DNA of 64,000 bases from positions 67,644,001 through 67,708,000 of the forward strand of contig CM052816.1 of NCBI GenBank assembly GCA_028534125.1. Direction: 5' to 3'. The notes under the pieces were generated by a model. It was not told where the DNA came from. It was given only the letters and a program-made list of their open reading frames with translations, and searched no databases. Position numbers and translations under genes: made by a program. This DNA comes from Lama glama. Taxonomy: Eukaryota. Positions 1 to 13,213 of the stretch are shown here, piece by piece; the stretch's first letter is position 1, and each line of letters starts with the position of its first letter.

Positions 1-402
1 GTTCTCTTTTATTAAAACTTTATAGGGCAGGGAGTAGGTGATATCAAGAGACAGGATCATAATTCTAATTTTTCCCAACTAGAAATAATCATCTAAAATA
101 GGGGAATTCCTCTAGCTGAGAAGGCCTGAAAAAAAAGTCAAGAATGATACTGGTGGATGACTTCTGAGAGGTGGTATGAGAGTGAACAAACACTATGGAT
201 ACCAGAGTCAGTCTACAGGATAGTTATGTAGAGTAAATGTATGGGCAAACATATTCTCAAATGTCCTGAAATTAGAGAGCATTTCAGCTGGTATTTGGTA
301 GGACTCTCAACAATTTACCGTTTTTTTGTTGGTTTTCTTAAATGCTGTTAAGGATGAACTTTCAGTAATTTTTATTGAATAGTTTTTTTCCCTCTCCCCT
401 AG

Positions 403-484
403 GCATTATATGAACTTCTCAAGTGCAACCATAATATAAAGGAAGCAATTGAAAGGTACTGCTGCAATGGAAAGGCATCTCAAG
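403..484 (+). CDS. MIER3: MIER3 internal coding exon (end of ELM2 region)
   Basis: cctag|GCATTA...CAAG|gtaaga; translates [27 protein letters not shown]; 82 nt, phase joins the next exon. Confidence 0.93.
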
Positions 485-1778
485 GTAAGAAACACTTGGG
501 ATCAAGAGAGGGAGGTGACAGGGGATGGTCATTTGGGGATCAGAATAAGAAAAGTATCATAGAGGATGGAGCAATCCTGTAACACTTGTGTAAGATCTGT
601 GTTCATCTTCATAGCAAATAATTTTTTCCTTTTCTTGCCCTCTAATTTTAGACATAGCGGAAATTGTTCAAATACAAATTAGTTACCCCCGGGTCACCTC
701 CATTTTCTTTAAGAAATAGTTGGTAATGAGCAAAGCAGACCCCAGAGATGACAATATATCCAAAGTAATGAATAAGAATGATTTTATGATTTCACTGGAA
801 AAAAATGTTGTCAGGAAATGAAAAAGAGATTAAAGATGAAAAAAAAATGTATAATATATCCCACTGAACTTATTGTAAGAAGTGTATTTTTAGTAATCAT
901 GTAATAACATTTTTGCAGTGCTTAGGTTTTGTTTTGTGTCAGGGAAAATGGTTAACTTTAAGTATTTTTGTCATTATATAAATTGCATGCATCATAGCTT
1001 TCATTAAGTATATACAGAATGAAATAATACTTAGTAATATTATATAAATGGCTTGGAAAAATATAAAAGCTGAAAATAGTACATTTAAAACTTGTAGATT
1101 GAGATAGTATATTGAAATACTTCCTTGTAAAATCTGCTTCTTTGAAAAAAATATTTGAAGCTCTCAAACTCTGAAAACTAAATACATTTTGTATTGATTT
1201 TGGGGATCTGGTCTCCACTGTGAATGAGGTACTTCAGGTCTCCTCTGCCCCAAGTAGATTTGATTCATCAACATTAACATCTGTGGGAAGTTGAATTGGA
1301 TTTAGTCTTTTGGGAACATGGCTGTTTCTTATTCCCTTTATATTTCTATAGTATAGCACTCTGAAAATCGACTTAAAATAAATATGTGTTGATTATTTAT
1401 GGTCTCTAAAGAACTTACGGGGTTTTTAAAAATTTATTTTTTAAATTGAAGTACAATCAGTTACAATGTAAAAACTTACTGTTTTGATGTAAGTTTTTTT
1501 CCCCCTAATTAAAAAAAAATGCTCATTGTTTAAAAAAAATCTGAAAAACTGTGAGCATAAGTTATAGAAAAAAATCGTTAAATTTTTATCCCAACATGCA
1601 GAGGAACAAAACTGGTATTTATATTAGTATTCTAGATTTTTTTGATAAGATATATAATAGGCATACTTTCGGTAATCCTAACTAAAATCTATACATACAG
1701 AACTTGTGTGTGTGTGTGTATAAGTTTTTAGCCTTTTATAGGGAAAACATACTGAAAGTAAATTGATGATTCATATAA

Positions 1779-1922
<144 letters not shown>

Positions 1923-2121
1923 TAGGCAAATTAGTACAGAGAAATTGCTTAGTAATTACAATGAATATAAGCAACCAATTTATAAGTCATTTGAGTAGGG
2001 GAAAAAAGTTATAACTTGTTAATGCTCCCCTGCCATTAACATTTCTGTTATTTTCTGATCAATTTCTGTAAGCCCAAAACTACTCTAAAATATAAAATCT
2101 AGTTTAAAAAGCAATAGGCAT

Positions 2122-2243
2122 GGGGGGAGGGTATAGCTCAAGTGGTAGAGTGTATGCTTAGCATGCACAAGGTCATGGGTTCAATCCCCAGTACTCCCTC
2201 TAAAAACATAAATAAAAACCTAATTCCCCCTGCCCCAAAAAAG
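2122..2243 (+). mobile_element. tRNA-derived SINE (Vic-1-like)
   Basis: A box tagctcaagtgg, B box ggttcaatccc, A-rich tail; perfect 14-bp TSD aaagcaataggcat (2108-2121 / 2244-2257). Confidence 0.9.
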
Positions 2244-2358
2244 AAAGCAATAGGCATAAAATACTGACCTACTCAGCAAAATACTTTAGAATCCTGTGTT
2301 CATTAGGACAAAGAGAATAAGCAAAGTATATTTTATTTAATTATCCCAACCTATTAGA

Positions 2359-2360
<2 letters not shown>

Positions 2361-2400
<40 letters not shown>
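2361..2400. repeat. (AC)20 microsatellite
   Basis: Perfect 40-bp dinucleotide run. Confidence 0.98.
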
Positions 2401-2402
<2 letters not shown>

Positions 2403-4120
2403 TTAAAAAAAAAGACTTTAGTTTTTGCAGCAGTTGCAGGTTCATGGCAGAATTGAGAAGAAAATATAGAGAGTTCCCATATGCATTTAAGGTTTGTCCT
2501 TTTTGTGGCTCATTTCTTTTTATTATTGAATAATATACCATTGTATGAGTGTACCAATATGTTTACCCATTCACCATTTGGAGGCCATCTTGGTTGCTTT
2601 CAAGTTTTGGCAATTACGAATAAAGCAACTATAAGCATCAGTGTGCAGGTATTTTTTTAGACGTGTTCAGCTCCATTGGATAAATACCAATGAGTGTGAT
2701 TGTTGGATGGTATGGAATAGTTTTATAATAAATTACCAGACTGTCTTCCAGAGTGTGCCATTTTGCATTCCCACCAGCAATGAATGAGAGTTCCTGTTGC
2801 TCCACATCCTTGCAAGCATCTGGTGTTGTCATTGTTTTGGATTTTGGCTATTCTAGAAAGTGTATAGTGTATCTTGTTTTAATTTGCATTTCCCTGATGA
2901 CATATGTGGGTCATCTTTTCATCTGTTTATTCGCCACCTATACATCTTTGGTGAGGTGTCTGTTAGGGTCTTTAGCACATTTTTTTAAATGGGTAGTTTG
3001 TTTTTGCAAGAGTTCTTTATACATTTTGGATAACAGTTCTTTATCAGATAGGTGTTTTGCAGATATTTTCTCCCAGTCTTTGGCTTATCTTTTCATTCTC
3101 TTAACAGTGTCTTTTGCAGAGTAGAAGTTTTTAACTTTAATGAAGTCCAACTTACCAGTTTTTCTTTCATAGATTGTGCTTTTGTTGTTGTTTCTGAAAA
3201 GTCATTACTATCCCCAGTGTCATCCAGGTTTTCTTCCATGTTATCCTCTAGGAGCTTTTATAGTTTTGCAGTTTACATGTAGGTCTGTAATCTGTTTTGA
3301 GTTTTTTTTGTGAAAGGTGGATGTAGATGTCCAGTTGTTCTAGTACCGTTTATTCAAAAGATGATCTTTCTTTCATTGAGTTGCCTTTAATCCTTTGTCA
3401 AAGGTTAGTTGACTGTATTTGTGTGAGTCTGTTTCTGGGTTCTCTGTTGTGTTCCATTAATATATTTGTTTATCAATACTATACTATCTTGATTACTGCA
3501 GCTTTATTAGTAAGTCTTAAAGTTGGGTAGTGTCTGTCCTCCAACTTTTGTTCTTCTGCTTCAATATTGTGTTGGCTATTCCGGATCTTTTGCTTTTCCA
3601 TATAAACTTCAGAATGAGTCTGCCAATATTTACAAAATAACTTGCTGGAATTTTAATTGGGATTGCACTGAACCTATAAATCAAGTTGGGAAGAACTGAT
3701 ACCTTAACAGTAATCAGTCTTCCTATCTATGGACATAGACTATCTCTCCATTTATTTAAATATTTCATTTTTTTAATTGGAATTTTGTAGTTTTCCTTAT
3801 GTAGATCTGACATGTATTTTGTTAAGATTTATACCTAAGTATTACATTTCTTGGGGTGCTAATGTAGATGATACTGTGTTTTTAGTTTCAAGAATCAATT
3901 GTTCATTGCTGTTATCTAGGAAAGCGGTTGACTTTTGCATATTAACCCTATATCCTACAACCTTGGTATAATCATTTATTAATTCCATTCATTAGTTTTT
4001 AGGATTTTCTATATAGACAGTCATGTCATCTGCAGAGTTTTCTTTCTTCTCAAACTGTGTACCTTTTATTTCTTTTTCTTACTGCATTAGCTAGATCTTC
4101 CAGTATAATGTTGAATACTT
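2401..4120 (-). mobile_element. Old L1 3' fragment (L1MB-like), antisense in a MIER3 intron
   Basis: Decayed ORF2 C-terminal peptides (ORF 2638..2832 ...DVEQQELSFIAGGNAKW...IPYHPTITLIGIYP) plus L1 3' UTR-like end. Confidence 0.85.
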
Positions 4121-4796
4121 TCATGCTTTTTAGTATTTATGAAAACCTGTTGTTTTCCCAAAGATGAGATGAAGTGTTTAATTTAGCGAATAGATAAAAC
4201 ATTTTTAAAGAAGTCTGCGTTAACTTTTTAAATGGAAATAAAACTTCAGTTTTGCAATGACTTAGGAAATGTACCCATTTATTTCACAAATTAAGCTCTA
4301 TCATTTACCAGACATTGTTTTAAGCACTGGAGATACATCAATGAATAAGACAGGAAAGGCCTCTCTTCCCAAGAAGCCTACATTCTTTTGGAAGACTTAA
4401 AGAGTTAATACGTTTATTGAAAGGTATACTTTATTTCTTGGTTTAAAAAGCTTATTCCCATGTTACGATCTTTATCTCACAGTGTGCTCACTAACTACGA
4501 TAGAGATACTGAAACTTCCTTGTTGGGTACTGATTAAACAGGAGGAAAAGCTTATTGGGTAAAGATACAGAATTTTGTCTGTATGTCTGAACTCATACCT
4601 AGAGCTATATATTGTTAGAAGAGTCCTAGTCTTGATATGGAGCCAAGTTGAATGAGGCTCAAATTTTGTTACTGTTGTTGTTTTTACCAAACTCTTTTGG
4701 AGCTAAGAGCCAAATGCATGATGGAGGAAAAAATCTTGCCTTTAGCTGGCAATCATCTTAAATTCCAGATGAGGTAAAGTGCTGATCTGTTTGTCA

Positions 4797-4952
4797 AGCG
4801 TTCTTAGTTTCTTTTGGGTCATAGAACCCTTTGAATAATGTAATAAAGCTGCACCCTTCTCCCCAGTGAAGTGTACCTGCATGCAGTTTGGGAATGAGTA
4901 GATCCCAGTGAAGCCCATTCATAGATCCCTTAGGATTAGGAAGGACTCCTGC
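4797..4952. mobile_element. Short hAT-Charlie-like MITE remnant
   Basis: ttttgggtcatagaaccctttg...gaagcccattcatagatccc resembles small Charlie elements (from memory). Confidence 0.45.
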
Positions 4953-5270
4953 TAAAGTCAGAATCACAGTGAAAGTTCCGTGAAGAAAACTAAAGGATGC
5001 CAGTGTTTTAGGAGTTTCAGTAAAGATTTAAGATAATTTCTCTGTACACATTTATTATTATTATTACATTATAATTTAAATAAAAAGCCTTGGGCTTTTA
5101 TTACTAAATAGTGTAAACGTAGAGACAGTTCACTAATTCAATGTCCAGAATTTCATAATTGAGGGGGTAGAAAGCAAGACCAATGGGTTGAAATTACAGT
5201 GTTAAAAAAACTTTTGCATTAAAAAATGCATAGAATTTGTTGATTTTTAAAAATCCAACTTTTTTTTTAG

Positions 5271-5399
<129 letters not shown>

Positions 5400-5481
5400 T
5401 AAGTACTATGGGCTTGACATCAGGGACTTTTGTTTTTAACTGTGATATGCAGTCATAAAATTACTGGGGTGTGTTTTTTAG

Positions 5482-5624
5482 GGACTATATGGATCGTTTG
5501 GTAGATGAAACAGAAGCTCTGGGTGGGACAGTAAATTCTTCAGCCTTAACTGCTAACCGACCTGAGCCTATTCCTGATCAACAGCTGAACATTCTCAACT
5601 CTTTCACTGCCAGTGACTTGACAG
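5482..5624 (+). CDS. MIER3: MIER3 penultimate coding exon
   Basis: tttag|GGACTAT...ACAG|gtaaaa; [47 protein letters not shown] (ORF 5471..5659). Confidence 0.95.
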
Positions 5625-5734
5625 GTAAAATGAACATCTTTTTGCATTTTTTAGTATAGCTTGGGGCAAAATTATATCCCTTTTGTTGCATGACAAAGGA
5701 CCACTTACTGAAATCATTTTCCATTTCTTTTTAG

Positions 5735-6192
5735 CTTTGACCAACAGTGTAGCGACCGTCTGCAGTCCAACGGATGTGAATTGTTTGGATGATAGCTTTC
5801 CTCCACTGGGAAACACACCCCGTGGACAAGTAAATCATGTGCCTGTTGTAACGGAGGAGTTACTCACCCTGCCCAGCAATGGGGAAAGTGATTGTTTTAA
5901 TTTATTTGAGACTGGATTTTACCACTCAGAGCTAAACCCCATGAACATGTGCAGTGAAGAATCAGAAAGACCGGCAAAGAGATTGAAAATGGGCATTGCT
6001 GTTCCTGAATCCTTCATGAATGAGGTTTCTGTAAATAATTTGGGTGTGGACTTTGAAAATCACACACATCATATCACCAGTGCCAAGATGGCCGTGTCTG
6101 TGGCTGACTTTGGCAGTCTGTCTGCCAACGAGACCAATGGTTTCATCAGTGCCCACGCCCTGCATCAGCATGCCGCCCTTCATTCTGAGTGA
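5735..6192 (+). CDS. MIER3: MIER3 last coding exon (to TGA stop)
   Basis: tttag|[18 protein letters not shown]...ERPAKRLK...HQHAALHSE* (ORF 5683..6192); phase consistent with previous exon. Confidence 0.95.
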
Positions 6193-9100
6193 CTCAAGTG
6201 AGGGGCCCGGAAACAGTGGGTGTGCAGTACCAGTAAACTTGAGGAAAGTATCAGGTTTGCTTAGTCTTTCACTGGAAGTTTGAACCTTTTTCACTATGAC
6301 ATCAGTGATGTCAGTATGTATAGAACTATATCTTGATTTATCAAGAGTATTTTCATTTTCAATCCATAAATGTGGAAATGAACTATGATCAGCAGAGTTG
6401 GGAACTAAGATTGAACTCTGGTGCAGCTTTAAGCTCTGCTTATCTCTTCCTCATCCCCAGTACCTCTTCCCTACTCCCTTCTTTTTCTATTCTTTTCTGT
6501 TTCCCACTGCCCTCACTCCCAATTTTAAAACCTGTAGACAGAGGCCACCAGCTCAAAACCAGCACAGATGTTCTGAACTGAATGGAGTGGCTTCTTTTCG
6601 TGTAAATTCCTTTTGCCGTAATGGATGCAGTGGAATAACAATGTTTACAGGTACCGATCCCGATCCCTGCTTAATGTAGCATTTTTGGTTTTATTTTCTT
6701 AATTAAATAAAAGCAGGGGTAGGTTTCTTTAAACTGCACAAACATGCAAGGATTTTTTTAAAATGGAAACTTCTCTCATGTTATTCAACTAGAGCACTTC
6801 AGTTTACAAAACAGCAAGTCCATCTTTATGGAAGCCAGCACGAGGAACTGTGTGCAAATTATGAAGACGCTTGCTTGGATCCTGTTTCAGAATTTTAGAC
6901 CAGGTGTACCTTACACAGAATTGGTCATTTTACTGCCAGAAGATTTCTGTGTAACTTCATTTATTGGCTAAAAATTTGGCATTTGAAGATGTGGTATTCA
7001 CATGGGGTTTTGTCCACCGTTATCAAGATTGTAATCATAAAAATCATACTGGTCATTGATATTTTAGTTTATCCTGAGGCAGTTGACTTGCAGGGCACAG
7101 TCTGCAAAGCCTAGGATGTTGCCACTCATTGGTTTACATTTTGGGACACCTCTTAAGTTGTTTTGTAGCACTGCAGTTCAGAGTGTTAATAGTTAGGAGG
7201 GATTTCTCGATTTTACACATAAGGCAGTAGAACCTTGAAGTATATTTAAACTTAACTGTTTAGCTTGAACAGTTGGCAAGAAAAATGTGAGTTCCTAGCT
7301 GAAATAGAATGGTACGCTACCACTTTAAGTTTTAAAAAGTGTTTGACGTTCAGATGCATCTCAAACTCAGTTTTATTTTTATTCCAAACATTGTGAATGA
7401 GAAGCCATTGTCATAAACTTTGGCCATTTTTGCTCTGTAGAAATGCATCTTTAAGTTATAAGGTGAATTCAAACAATATGTAATGCAGTATTAGGATATG
7501 ATAAGCTTTGCTTTTATAGTTCAGTTAAAATACAGAATTTTACTTTTTTTTGCACCGTCTTAATTAAAATTTTCAATTTCTATTAGTTGTCTTGCTTTGC
7601 AAAAAACTTAAGTGTTTGGCTGCATTGCTGATATTTTTAAGTATAAATCGCTTCAAGGTTGTGCTGATGAGTAGATAGAATGTAGTGACCTTAGTAGTGA
7701 TGGAAAGGGAGGGTATTTATTACACAAACTGTGAACTGCAATGACATCCTTAGTTTTGGATGATGTGTATTCTTGTTTTTCTTTGCAGCATTTTAATGAA
7801 GATTGCTTTGAAGTGTTTACGCATTAGCACATTTACTATAAAAGTTAGTTTAGCACAGTGGACAAAAGTAGTTAAATTAATAACTTATAGTCCATCTCTA
7901 ATTTATACATCTGAAGTCTAGCATTCCTGTATGCACACAGTAAATAATGGGTAGCCTGGGCTCTGTGTTGCTTTCAGATATTTTTATCCAAGTTGTCAGC
8001 TTCTTATTGCTGTGGTGTCGTGCTAAACTTTGAACCTGATTTCTTTTGTTAAAAATGAGTACACCTATAATTTAGTAAGATACTGGCTATTATCTTCCAT
8101 TGTTATAACTTTAATTTTTACTCTGGGTTTACAGTGGCTGGTCTGTATAAAATAATTTACACAAAGATGACTGAATGCTAATACCAGTTGCACTTAAATG
8201 AACATGCCCATTCTCAGTAGCTGATGCAGTAATATATTCAGTTTATCTATGCATTGCTGGGATCTTGATATAAGATGGAAACAGTGTTTCTTATCTAAAG
8301 TTTTGATTATCAGCAAGTTGAATGGACACTTTAGTTATTTAAATAAAGATTTTTGACCAAAATCCAGAAATGATATGAGAGAAAAAGAAATTCCAGCTAG
8401 TTTAATAGATTTTTAAACACCAGTCTGATTTTAGCCTCTTAGAGAGCTCTAACTAGCTGGTAACGTTTACTTTCAATTCCTTGTTAAAATGAGGCAATAA
8501 TTTGCAAGATTTTTGTATATATATGTAAATTCTTCATATCTTTTTAGATCTAATTCAATATTTTCTGACTGCTTCCTCCATGTATAATACCATTTTTGTG
8601 CATGCTTGATGTGACATTCATAAATTGTACCACTATGACTTTATTCATGTAAAATAGCTATTTATTGAATTTCCTTTTAAATCTGGACTTACTGGTCTTT
8701 TTTTTTTTCTTTCCGTTTGAGCATCTTAACAGAGAATTTGTTGCTGTTTATTAGAAGAATTGCGTTTGAAAGCATGAAAATAACTGATTTGCAATCATAT
8801 GGAGAAACAATAATGCCTTTATTATCAAGTGTTAAGCACAATTCTTATAACAAACTGTGATAAATTCTTTTTTCTTTTTTCCTTTGTCACATTATTTTCG
8901 TATGAACAAACCAAAAATCCACGGTGAGCAGTTGCAGTGTTGGCTGATGTGTCTTTCATGTACAGGGGGTTTGAAGAGGACAGCGGATTCCTTTAGAAGT
9001 GAAACTGGTGCTGTGATTATAGCAATACTTTTACTTTTGTTAGTCGTACTCCACTTTTTCATGCTAGCTTTTTCAGTGTTTAATTTTCCTCTTGTCATGG

Positions 9101-9730
9101 TCAACTGCTGAATTTACTTGAAGGATGTAGAATACTGCTTAAAAAATACTAAATTGTATACAATTAGGTCAAAGAATTGTGCATTTGTTTCCTTTTTAAT
9201 TTTTACAATTGTCGGTCATAATATTTGAGAACATCAGATCTAATAGAGCATAGTGATACTGTTTAATTTAACCAAAGTCTCTAGTGAATATTTCAACTTT
9301 GAATGTAAACTAACAAATAAACCTGACCACCAAGGAGATTGTTTGCCCAGAGTTTCAAAGCACATTGTCTACAGATGGAAATTGAAATAATTTATAAAAA
9401 TATTGACATTACTATGTTTTTTAAAAAGTTCTTAATTTTTTCACTAAAAGGAGGAAACTATTAGTTTTATTGTTAAATATGGTAGATATTAAAATTCCTC
9501 TTAGATGACCAGTGATTCCAATTGTCCCAGTTTGAAATAAGTACCCTGTGAGTATGAGATTAATTAGTGACAATCAGAACAAGTTTTAGTATCAGATGTT
9601 CAAGAGGAAGTTGCTATTGTTGCATTGATTTTAATATTTGTACATAAACACTGATTTTTTTGAGCATTATTTTGTATTTGTTGTACTTTAATACCTGGTG
9701 TACAGTTCCAGAAATAAAAATCTGGAAATC
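6193..9730 (+). other. MIER3: MIER3 3' UTR (~3.5 kb)
   Basis: AT-rich, free of interspersed repeats from the stop to AATAAA 9713-9718, followed by a T/GT-rich downstream element. Confidence 0.75.
9713..9718 (+). terminator. MIER3: Probable distal polyadenylation signal of MIER3
   Basis: AATAAA preceded by several TGTA motifs and followed by tttttttttt ccttggtttgtgtg. Confidence 0.7.
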
Positions 9731-10635
9731 TTTTTTTTTTCCTTGGTTTGTGTGAGTATTTGCCACAAATAGATTTTTATTTAATGACTCTTAAGCTATA
9801 ACACATGGGTAGATATTAATCTCTGTTAAGTTGGTTTTAGATATAGTAAATAAGATATTTGCTAGGTAAGTAATAAAGTTGGTAGAAAAATAAGCTTTCT
9901 TTAAATCCTCTAAAATAAATTTCCACCTATAACATTTTAGCCATCCCAAAGTGAGGATTCTGCATACATTCAGTTTAATTCAGGAAGTATTTATTGAATG
10001 TCTCTCATGTTTGAAACATTGTTCTTGGCAATTACATCATTTAGAAAGACATGAAATCTAAAATTTGATCAGATGTTATTATTTGACAATATATTTATAG
10101 TAAACTAATTTCCTTATCTAGAAATATCTTCCCTAAGCCTTCATCTTTTCAAGCTAAATATCTCAACCTAATTGCACGAGTTTGTCCTCATATTTTACTT
10201 GCTCTGACCAGAGCTTTATCTAGTTCCATTCTTAATATAAGTGATAAGATTGCACATAATGGCAGATTTGATACAAGGATAAAAACCTTGACTCCTCTGC
10301 TTCAGTTGCTTGTTGAAAATCACATTTCTTCATTCACAGACACCAAAGAGCCTTAATGTGCAGGGCTCTCTGGTGGACACATACACAGAAGCGCCTTCAA
10401 AGAGGGACAAGCACCAGCCTGGTGTTATGAATACAGCCAAGAGTGCAGCCAAGTGCACATAAAAGCATGGTGTTTGAGGCTTTCAGGGGAGGGAGGAGAG
10501 CCTTGTGGGAGCAGAATAATCTCCAGTCACTCGTAGTCCTTATCTATTTTGGCCTGCTGCTTCTCTGACTTCTCAAACTCTTCATGCCATCCGTCAACTG
10601 GATTTTTTTGTTATATGCGCTTTCATTTTTTGTCT

Positions 10636-10774
10636 TTTTTTTTTTTTTTTTGGTGGGGAGAGGTAATTAGGTTTATTTATTTATTTTATTTATTTAGTGG
10701 AAGTACTGGGGATTGAACCCAGGACCTCATGCATGCTAAGCATGCACTCTACCACTGAGCTATATCCTCCCCCC
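10636..10774 (-). mobile_element. tRNA-derived SINE (Vic-1-like)
   Basis: Reverse complement of the 2122 element with a poly-T tail. Confidence 0.9.
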
Positions 10775-11779
10775 AGTTTTTAATTTAAATTAGTCTCTGG
10801 GACATAGCACTGTTTTATCATTTCCCACCTAGGTAAGTGATCTCTAGTCCTTATCCTCTTCAACATGTCTTTGTGGGTTCTCTGACAAAATAGTGGACAG
10901 GGGCACTCAATCCATGGTCCTAGACAAGAAATGCTCACATTTTTAGAGATTTAATATACTGTAGCTGGCATTCATTTTAGAGACACACATGCTCTATTGT
11001 GTACCTTGATTTTGATGAGATTGTTTTTACAGAGGTAAAGCCAATACTGCCACAAATTTGTTTTCTGTGTAGAATTAATAAAAGCATTTAATAAGTATGT
11101 CAGAAATAAGTCATTTACAAATATTTAAAAGTTATTCTAATAAGAAAAAAAATTCTATTTTTTTAAATGTTAATGTTTTATTTTTTAAAAATATCTTCAC
11201 CCCTGCAGTCCAGACCAAGTCATGGTACTGGGCAAGTTTTAAACTCCCACTGTGAGCATTTTGTTAGCAGGAACTGTTATTTTTTTAATCTCCTAGGACT
11301 CTTCACATAGCAGGTATTCACTAAATGTTTGTTGACCTATATTACTCTTAAGCTGATGATGACTTTTCCCCCAACTTAAAAAAATTTTAAAAACCTTTAA
11401 AGACAAAAGTTAAGATAACAGTATAAAGAACAACCTAGATTAAACAATTAACATTTTCCCCGATTTGACCTCTTTCTATATAACATGGATTTTTTTCTGA
11501 ATTATTTAAAAAAAGTCTTTGACATTGCAACATTTCACTTCTAAATACTCCACCTAGTATGTCCATAGGAGTTAAAAGTTCCTGTATTTTACATAAAGTT
11601 CTGGGTAACAGGATCTTGCTCAAATAGCTTGGCTTTTTTACAAGAGGAGTCCCCCTCATCTCTCAAAATCTTGGTGGCACGAATAAAAGACAAATGAGGC
11701 TGAGAATAAGATGCTGTCATGGATTTATGTGCACATACCAGGTGAATGCTATAGAGAAGTAGAAGGCGGATTCTCAGGG

Positions 11780-12130
11780 GTGGCAGTTGGGGATCAAATT
11801 TCAATAGAGTGGTTAGGCGAGGTGACAGACTGAGCTATAATGGCTATCTGGGGGAAAGTTTTTGGAAGCAGAACTAGTGCAAAAGGCCTGAGCTGAGAGT
11901 GTGCCTGGCATGTTCAAGAAGTGGCAAGGAGGCAGGTGTGGCAGATTGGGGTGAGCTGGACATGCAATCAGAAGTAGTGAAGGACTTTACTCCAAGGTAG
12001 GAGTTACAGAAGAGTTCTGAGCAGAGTTGGGTCAGAATCTGATTTATGTTTAAAAGAATCATTCTTAATGATCTATTCTGTAAAGGGGGCAGCATGGAAA
12101 CAGGGAAGGCAATTAGGAGCCTTTTGAAAT
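11780..12130 (-). mobile_element. L2 remnant between MIER3 and SETD9 3' ends
   Basis: tgcaaaaggcctgag...gtgtgcctggcatgttcaagaa...aaagaatcattct L2-like motifs. Confidence 0.6.
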
Positions 12131-13125
12131 TGAAATAAACTATGTAAGAAAAACTGTTGGTGCAGCAGTGAAGTTGGTCTGAATCTGGTTATACAGGTTC
12201 CATTTTAGGATTTGAGGGACCCAATGGATAACACCCTCCTCCCTATCCAAGTTTGAAACTGACATCTGGATGCAGGAGTCAGGTCGATGGAAATCAAAGT
12301 AACTCATTAACAGGGCAGAGAGCATCCCAGAAGACACTCTGCTGGGAGAGTCCACAGAGAAGGAACTAGAGGGGTTCAGGCCATGAGTGCCTAGTTCTTT
12401 TCCCAAAATAACCTCAGAAAACCACTCTTCGTCCAATGGGGAGAGAGAGAGGCAGGAGTATTACTAATGAAAGCCCATGAAACATGAGAAATGGAGAACA
12501 GGTGTTCTTCCCACCACCAGCTTTTAACTCAATTTCCATGCTGAAACAATGTCTCTCATGCTCTTAAAAAATTTGTGTGTGTGTGTAAATGTTCAAATAA
12601 AGTAGAGAAAATAGTATAATGACCTTCCATTTTCCCCTTACACGGCTAAAACAATCTTTAAATCACATTCCACCCCCGCCCCCCTATTAACTCATGGCAA
12701 CACAATGAACAATTTTGGCTTTAGATTATTTTGTAAAAATAAAGTTTTTACAGAAGTTTGTACACATCAACGGTACAAGAATTTCTGATGACTTGGCTAA
12801 ACTCTGATAAAACACCCCAGGGGTATGCAAAATAAAAGAAAAATTGAAATTTTAAATTTAGACAGTAGGTTTTAATTTAGTAAGCTACTGTGTACTTAAG
12901 CAAACCAATTAACATTGGAACTGCATTACAAATTTAAATTTGTAATGAAGCAGATAGCTTTTATCTTGGAATTGAAACATAAATATAATATCAATAAAAA
13001 CAAAACAAATCCCACTTCAATTAGGTTTCAAAATATTTGTTCTGCAGGTAGAACGCAGAGAAACCAAAAAACATTTGGAATTAATTCAATAGCTGAGAAG
13101 AAGACCTAATTTCTAATTCAAAGAG

Positions 13126-13213
13126 TTAGCTGACAATTGTATAGTAGTTTGAAAAAAGTTCTTCTCCTTGTTTGATGTCCCTGAGTGCGACAAGAACAAC
13201 ACATCGAAGTGGA
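13126..13213 (-). CDS. SETD9: SETD9 exon 6 coding part (to TAA stop)
   Basis: tttcag|TCCACTT; PLRCVVLVALRDIKQGEELFSNYYTIVS* (SET GEEL..Y motif); the six exons sum to 900 nt = 299 aa + stop. Confidence 0.95.

Noticed and set aside
2122..2200. tRNA gene (Ala-like A and B boxes)
   Set aside because: Eight diverged copies with A-rich tails and TSDs: SINEs, not tRNA genes
12700..13125. SETD9 polyadenylation site
   Set aside because: No nearby minus-strand AATAAA; ATTAAA at 12876-12871 is possible but cannot be supported without transcript data
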